From an uncultured Gammaproteobacteria bacterium (GTDB taxonomy: Bacteria; Pseudomonadota; Gammaproteobacteria; Arenicellales; Poriferihabitantaceae), in assembly GCA_938021685.1 (NCBI GenBank), contig CALIFM010000185.1, forward strand, positions 1 through 31,818: DNA of 31,818 bases, written 5' to 3'. The notes beneath the pieces were generated by a model that worked only from the letters and a program-made list of their open reading frames with translations, was not told where the DNA came from and made no database searches. Shown here one piece after another: positions 27,079-31,818 of this stretch (its first letter is position 1; the number at the start of each line of letters is the position of its first letter). The position numbers were made by a program, and so were the translations under genes.

Positions 27079-27831
27079 ATGCAAGGCTATATTTGGGATT
27101 CAGAATTTAGCACTAAGTTCGCTAAGCAATACTGGGAGCAACGCCCCTGTGTGTTTGATTATCCCGCTAAACAAGCGATTGCTAATTTAGATGAGTTGTT
27201 TCACGCAGTGGTCAACATGCCCAGCCGCGGCCCATCGGATCGTTTTTGGGTGGCCAAGAGCGTTCCACCGAAGCGCTACGATGATTTTCGTAATATTCAA
27301 GGAGAGGGCATTAATTTATTCGGCCCTAAAGCCGATGATGGAAATTTAATGGGCTTTTTTGAACGCATGAATGGCCGTCACTTTGGGTTTAATTCGCACA
27401 AACTTGGGGCAGGTTTACCAGTGATTGATGAACGCATGAAAGCAATCGTGCTAGGCTTACAGCAAGCGGGTTTGCCGCTTAAACCGCAGCAACGCGGCTG
27501 GGTAAGCGACACGTTTTTTGGCACCTATCACGCCACACCCTTTGGCATCCATCGTGACCCTGCTAGTGTGTTTTCGCTGACCTTGTTGGGTGAGCGTACT
27601 TATTATACTTGGCCGATGGACTACTTCCCCCTTGGTCATAAAGATTTGCAATGCCCAGATAACAATGCGATTAAGCGCCATATCCCGAATGCAGAGGTGT
27701 TTAAGCTTAGCCCCGGGAAAGTATTTTACTGGCCGTCTAATCGTTGGCATGTGGCCACGTCGAATGGCCAGCCTACAGCGGTGGTGCAGATGAGCACTTA
27801 CTTTGATTCTAAAGACGTTAATCAAGCTTAA
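27079..27831 (+). CDS. JmjC/cupin-type Fe(II)/2-oxoglutarate oxygenase
   Basis: QYWEQRPCVF start typical of Cupin_4/ROXA-like proteins; TPFGIHRD (HxD); LSPGKVFYWPSNRWHVA (distal His). Confidence 0.75.
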   Translation: MQGYIWDSEFSTKFAKQYWEQRPCVFDYPAKQAIANLDELFHAVVNMPSRGPSDRFWVAKSVPPKRYDDFRNIQGEGINLFGPKADDGNLMGFFERMNGRHFGFNSHKLGAGLPVIDERMKAIVLGLQQAGLPLKPQQRGWVSDTFFGTYHATPFGIHRDPASVFSLTLLGERTYYTWPMDYFPLGHKDLQCPDNNAIKRHIPNAEVFKLSPGKVFYWPSNRWHVATSNGQPTAVVQMSTYFDSKDVNQA

Positions 27832-27842
27832 GAGTAGCGTAG

Positions 27843-28751
27843 ATGTATCAATATAATGCCTTTGGTTTAAAAATCAGTTGTCAGTGGCCATTGTTTCAAT
27901 TGCCAACAGTTAATTTTGCTAGCAGTGAAGCACAAGTGACGATTGCGCGAGGTCGTGTAGATGATACTCGCTTTAATCAAACCGAAAAAGGTGAGCATTT
28001 TCAAGTATATGAGCAAGGCCGCCTTGCTTTTATGCAAGTGCGCGAGGTCGCCAACTTCTTGATTGAAAACGGCACGACGATTACTGTGGATGTGGATCAA
28101 GAAGCGGTCATGCAAACCGTTAATTTATATTTGCTTGGTTCGGGTTTGGGTACGATTTTGCATCAACGTGGTAGCCTGCCTTTGCACGGCAATGGTATCA
28201 ATATTGATGGGCATGCGGTGATTGTGACCGCGCATAGCGGAATAGGAAAATCGACCTTGGCCAGCGAGTTTTATCGCAGGGGTTATTCTTTATTGGCGGA
28301 TGACGTTTGTGCGGTTAGCGCTGAAAACGAAGTGCAGCCAAGCTATCCATTCTTGAAGCTGTGGCAAGAAGCGATTGACCGTTTAGATCTGCCCAAGGCT
28401 GATTTAATTCAGATCATGGCGCAAAAAGAAAAATTCTATGTGCCTTTAGGTGTGCAATTTAATACAAGCTCATTGCCTCTTAAATCAATTTACATATTGA
28501 TGCGGGGCGATATAGACTCACCGGAAATGAAGCCCTTAAAGGGGGTGAATAAACTGTTGATGTTACGTCCCCAAATTTACCGTTTGCATTATTTACGTTG
28601 CTTGGTTAAAGGTGCGCCAGCAATGGACCGGATGTCAGAGCGGCTAGGAAATATCCCTGTTTTTCATGTCGTGAGGCCGGTGGAAGGGATGCATGTTGAG
28701 CAAATTGCCGATATGATTTTGGCCAATGAAGCTGACAGCGGTTCAACCTAA
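27843..28751 (+). CDS. HPr-kinase-like kinase 1 (type found in phosphorylated lasso-peptide clusters)
   Basis: YNAFGLKI start, LYLLGSGLGTILHQRGSLPLHG, Walker A AHSGIGKST, LLADDV, PFLKLW. Confidence 0.82.
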   Translation: MYQYNAFGLKISCQWPLFQLPTVNFASSEAQVTIARGRVDDTRFNQTEKGEHFQVYEQGRLAFMQVREVANFLIENGTTITVDVDQEAVMQTVNLYLLGSGLGTILHQRGSLPLHGNGINIDGHAVIVTAHSGIGKSTLASEFYRRGYSLLADDVCAVSAENEVQPSYPFLKLWQEAIDRLDLPKADLIQIMAQKEKFYVPLGVQFNTSSLPLKSIYILMRGDIDSPEMKPLKGVNKLLMLRPQIYRLHYLRCLVKGAPAMDRMSERLGNIPVFHVVRPVEGMHVEQIADMILANEADSGST

Positions 28752-28768
28752 ACACCGCGTAAGCATTT

Positions 28769-29734
28769 ATGTCTAATTGTTACACTGCCTTTGGCTTATG
28801 CTTGCACTCAGATCTTGAACTGGTGCCTTTACAGGCTTGTCAAGACGCTGCTATTAACTTACCCGTTATACGTATCGAACAAGGTGAAGTAAGCAACACG
28901 GGTTTAAAAAATACACAGTCTAGCTTGGTGTATTGTGATGTGGTGGCTAACACGGTTTGGTTGCGTATTCCAAATGTTGCACGGTTTTTAATCGAGAATG
29001 GTGACCATGTAACTTATGAAGCAGAAAGGATCATTGCCTCGTTTGATGATGAAGATGGCAGGATGGTTAGCAATGAAGTTCAGTTAGTGCAAATAGCGCT
29101 GTATATCCAATCGCATTGTGTTCCTTATATTTGTTTGCAGCGTGGGCATCTTGTGTTACGCGGTAGCGCGGTGCGTTTTGGTGAGCAGTGTGCAGTTTTT
29201 TGTGGACCCGCTTCAAGTGGTAAAACTACTTATGCGGCGGCCCTTTATAACCGAGGCTTTGATGTAATAAGTGATGAGGTATGCGTGTTTAATGAGCACA
29301 ACGAAGTGTTGGCAGGCTATACTTATTTAAAGGTGTGGCACGATGTTTTGTCTTACTTGCGCCTTGAGCCCACTGATTTTTCGCCGCTATTTCCTGGTAT
29401 CAACAAATATGTTTTCCCGCTAGAAGCAGCCCAAGCAACTACAGCATTGCCGGTTAGCGCAATTTATTTGCTTTATCAGGACTACATTAAAGAGTGGCAT
29501 ACCAAGCCAGTGCGTGGTTTGGGAAAATTGAATTATTTAAAATCACCTAGCCATGCTTACCGCCCTGGGGTGCGTTCTAAGTTAGGCTTACCAGATCTAA
29601 TTGTTCAGCAAACAAGGTTGATGCAAGCCGTGAGCATAATTAAAACCAAGCGGCCCAAGAGTATTCGTGCAATTCGTATGTCACAGCAGCTACAGTTCTT
29701 TATCGATGACATGGGCTTGGGTGTTGATGACTAA
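28769..29734 (+). CDS. HPr-kinase-like kinase 2, with altered catalytic motifs
   Basis: YTAFGLCL start, ARFLIENG, LVLRGSAV (His to Arg), Walker A GPASSGKTT, VISDEV (DD to DE), YLKVW. Confidence 0.78.
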   Translation: MSNCYTAFGLCLHSDLELVPLQACQDAAINLPVIRIEQGEVSNTGLKNTQSSLVYCDVVANTVWLRIPNVARFLIENGDHVTYEAERIIASFDDEDGRMVSNEVQLVQIALYIQSHCVPYICLQRGHLVLRGSAVRFGEQCAVFCGPASSGKTTYAAALYNRGFDVISDEVCVFNEHNEVLAGYTYLKVWHDVLSYLRLEPTDFSPLFPGINKYVFPLEAAQATTALPVSAIYLLYQDYIKEWHTKPVRGLGKLNYLKSPSHAYRPGVRSKLGLPDLIVQQTRLMQAVSIIKTKRPKSIRAIRMSQQLQFFIDDMGLGVDD

Positions 29735-30683
29735 AGAAATAAATACTCAATATGACCAAGCGCGCCTTGTCTTGCTAGCGTCTTACCCGAAGTCTGGTAA
29801 CACATGGCTGCGCAGTTTTTTAAGCGCGCTCAATGTGTACGACCCATTGGCGGAACAACAGTTTACTGAGCAAGCCGCAAGTGATCCGCTTGACGATGAG
29901 ATTGACATGAACAAGATTCATCTTGGGACCCAACTATTTTCTCGTGAAGAAATTGAAGTACATGCGGGTTTTGACACCACAGATTTGACCGAAGCGCAGT
30001 TAGCCCATCTTCGAGTTGTTACTAATCGTCATTATGCCCAAGCTATTCCGATGGGCCAGGTTGGATACATGAAGGTGCATGATGCCTATACCGTGTTCGA
30101 TAACGGTGCATGCTTGTTTGACAAGCAATATGTCAAAGGTGTGGTTTATATCGTGCGTAACCCGTTGGATGTGGTGATTTCATACGCCAATCAATCCAGC
30201 TTTAGCATTGATGCAAGCATCGCCCATTTTGGCAGTGACCAAACATTGGGGGTAGACGAAAAAGCATATAGTGCCGAGAGTTCGGCGCGCCGCTGGATTT
30301 CGTCCTGGTCTGGTCATGTGCAGAGCTGGACAAGCGGTCATCCTTTGCCTTATCTGTTGGTGCGCTATGAGGATATGAAAAAACGAGGCATCGACACTTT
30401 TATGCAGGTCGTGCACTTTTTAAACTTAACTGCCAGCGAAGAAGAAGTGGCAAAAGCTTTGGACAAAGTGGCGTTTGAAAAATTCGCAAAACAGGAGAAG
30501 GAAAAACCTTTTGTGGAATCGGAATCGAATCCTGACGGATTTTTTCGCAAAGGCATCGTAGGGGATTGGCGTGAAGTGTTAAGTAGCGCGCAAATCAGCC
30601 AAGTCATCAGTGATCATGGTGAAATGATGCATCAGCTGGGCTATGTGGATGAATACGGTAAGCCTACACAGCTGATTTGTTAA
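29727..30683 (+). CDS. PAPS-dependent sulfotransferase (Sulfotransfer_1 type); start reassigned from 29667 to ATG 29727
   Basis: LASYPKSGNTWLR, KVHDAY, YIVRNPLDVVISY, WSGHVQSW, VRYEDM, FFRKGIVGDW; ATGACTAA overlap with kinase 2. Confidence 0.9.
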   Translation: MTKEINTQYDQARLVLLASYPKSGNTWLRSFLSALNVYDPLAEQQFTEQAASDPLDDEIDMNKIHLGTQLFSREEIEVHAGFDTTDLTEAQLAHLRVVTNRHYAQAIPMGQVGYMKVHDAYTVFDNGACLFDKQYVKGVVYIVRNPLDVVISYANQSSFSIDASIAHFGSDQTLGVDEKAYSAESSARRWISSWSGHVQSWTSGHPLPYLLVRYEDMKKRGIDTFMQVVHFLNLTASEEEVAKALDKVAFEKFAKQEKEKPFVESESNPDGFFRKGIVGDWREVLSSAQISQVISDHGEMMHQLGYVDEYGKPTQLIC

Positions 30684-30776
30684 TTTTAAAGCAGCTTTTT
30701 TGTTAATTCCAATTGATCTTGTACATGAAGGCATATTCAAGATCAGGTTAAGTATGAATAATGATGTTATAGGCTT

Positions 30777-31655
30777 TTATATTTCATGGCCTACATTTTC
30801 ACTTGTTTTAGCTTTGCGCCCATTTTCTCTTTTTAAAGTTTGTGCTGCATGCGGGCAAGTGCCACTATCAAGTGGTAATTCATCAAAGCTTGGTTTTTCA
30901 GGTAAAACGAGAGGGCATTTGTTCGGCGGCTCATTATTAGTAATAGGTAATGAATATTGATTCCATTCTGATTCTCCTATTTGGTAGTGTCCTAATAAGT
31001 GCGAATGCTGGATCTTGTCATACTCGTCGATGTTTGATCTAATCTTGTTTCTTATATTAATGCCCTTTTTCTCAAAGGCGCTTGCGACGATATCAAATCT
31101 TTTTCTTGGATTTATAACAAGTACTAAGGTATCGCAAAGGTTTCTGCTTTTTCTCAGTCGGTGTGCTGGATGGCTGACATTTATAAAGAGGGGTGTCTGT
31201 TGAAAGCAAAAACTCCAGAAAGGATCACTGGGGTCTGTGGGTAAATCATCAGGCCACCGTTGGGTGTCAGAATCGATAAGGTACTGCATAGCGCCGAAAG
31301 CAATGTCTTCATAAGCAGATTTATCATACTGTTTATTATTATTAGATTCAAAAATGACTAACAACGGTTCAGCTGAATTAACGTCTCCAGCCCATTTTGA
31401 GCAGCGTTTAAGATATAATTCTATGCCTTTTTTTAATTTTGAAAAGTTATGGTTACCTGATGGATTTAACTCAATGGGAAGAAAGCATAAAAGCTCTCTG
31501 GCACAAGCATTACGAGAAAAAACGCATGGAAAAGGTTTTTCTGAGCCTGTTAATAAAGATATAATGTTCTCGATGTGGTGAGCACACCATGCGTTTTTAG
31601 TGTTTTCGCCGTGGTCAAAAGTATTTTTAGATAGTTCAGTTTGTAGTAGCAACAT
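30777..31655 (-). CDS. YqcI/YcgG-family protein (family includes heme-dependent guanidine N-hydroxylases)
   Basis: FPCVFSRNA, EPLLVIF, WPDDLPTDPSDPFWSFCF, LFINVSHPAH..RKSRNL, LVINPRKRFD, EWNQY. Confidence 0.85.
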   Translation of the reverse strand: MLLLQTELSKNTFDHGENTKNAWCAHHIENIISLLTGSEKPFPCVFSRNACARELLCFLPIELNPSGNHNFSKLKKGIELYLKRCSKWAGDVNSAEPLLVIFESNNNKQYDKSAYEDIAFGAMQYLIDSDTQRWPDDLPTDPSDPFWSFCFQQTPLFINVSHPAHRLRKSRNLCDTLVLVINPRKRFDIVASAFEKKGINIRNKIRSNIDEYDKIQHSHLLGHYQIGESEWNQYSLPITNNEPPNKCPLVLPEKPSFDELPLDSGTCPHAAQTLKRENGRKAKTSENVGHEI

Positions 31656-31760
31656 AGATTGTGTTCTCTAGCTCACTCAAATTCCCTAATTCCGAGCAAG
31701 AGTATTATTGTTCTTTTTTTGTCTAAAAACTATAAGAATAAACTCATAAATGTTAATCAT

Positions 31761-31818
31761 ATGAACAAAATAACCAAGAGAGAGTCAGAAGTTTTGGCTA
31801 TCCTAGAAGAAGATGCGC
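31761..31818 (+). CDS. Probable Lrp/AsnC-family transcriptional regulator, N-terminal fragment (runs off the window)
   Basis: Translates MNKITKRESEVLAILEEDA(R), matching the usual 'D..D..IL..L..DAR' Lrp/AsnC start; divergent from the YqcI/YcgG gene; only 19 codons visible. Confidence 0.55.
   Translation, partial: MNKITKRESEVLAILEEDA

Noticed and set aside
29667-29726. 20-aa N-terminal extension of the sulfotransferase
   Set aside because: Lies within kinase 2; ATG 29727 gives a typical short coupling overlap.
159-31581. The many 60-155 aa ORFs overlapping or antisense to the main genes (e.g. 17893-18360, 23558-24022, 24039-24419, 30700-30960)
   Set aside because: Shadow frames of well-supported genes, with no recognisable motifs.
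1-31818. CRISPR arrays, tRNA/rRNA genes, integrases, transposases, long tandem repeats
   Set aside because: None recognised by eye; recurrent GCTTA/TAAGC words are scattered in coding sequence with no regular spacing. Structured ncRNAs cannot be excluded without a covariance-model search.

Overview
Chromosomal window, probably from a proteobacterium (inferred from guaC, the OmpR-type two-component pair, bifunctional manC and wcaJ). About 30 genes; no rRNA, tRNA, CRISPR array or intact mobile element was recognised. Left part (1-12.6 kb): NAD-dependent epimerase, chaC, YdjM-like hydrolase, guaC, a two-component system followed by exported msrAB and a DUF1223 CxxC protein (with a four-copy 11-bp-phased direct repeat in the msrAB promoter), a QEGLA/DUF1704 metallopeptidase with a divergent ProC-like reductase, and a diaminopropionate ammonia-lyase-like/PhzF pair. 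Middle (12.8-25.8 kb): surface-glycan locus with tspO, YdcF-like, GT4, sulfotransferase-like, NTP_transf_5-type nucleotidyltransferase, sialyltransferase-like GT, four-domain NeuB, PHP tyrosine phosphatase, wcaJ, manC and GT9; no neuA/neuC or export genes were seen. Right part (25.9-30.7 kb), the most interesting segment: a tightly coupled five-gene operon of modifying enzymes (carnosine N-methyltransferase/N2227-like methyltransferase with Zn ribbon, JmjC oxygenase, two lasso-type HPrK-like kinases of which one has altered catalytic motifs, and a sulfotransferase), with no precursor peptide, cyclase, peptidase or RRE gene in the window. An AT-richer YqcI/YcgG gene and a partial Lrp/AsnC regulator close the window. 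All family calls come from motif recognition by eye, not database searches.
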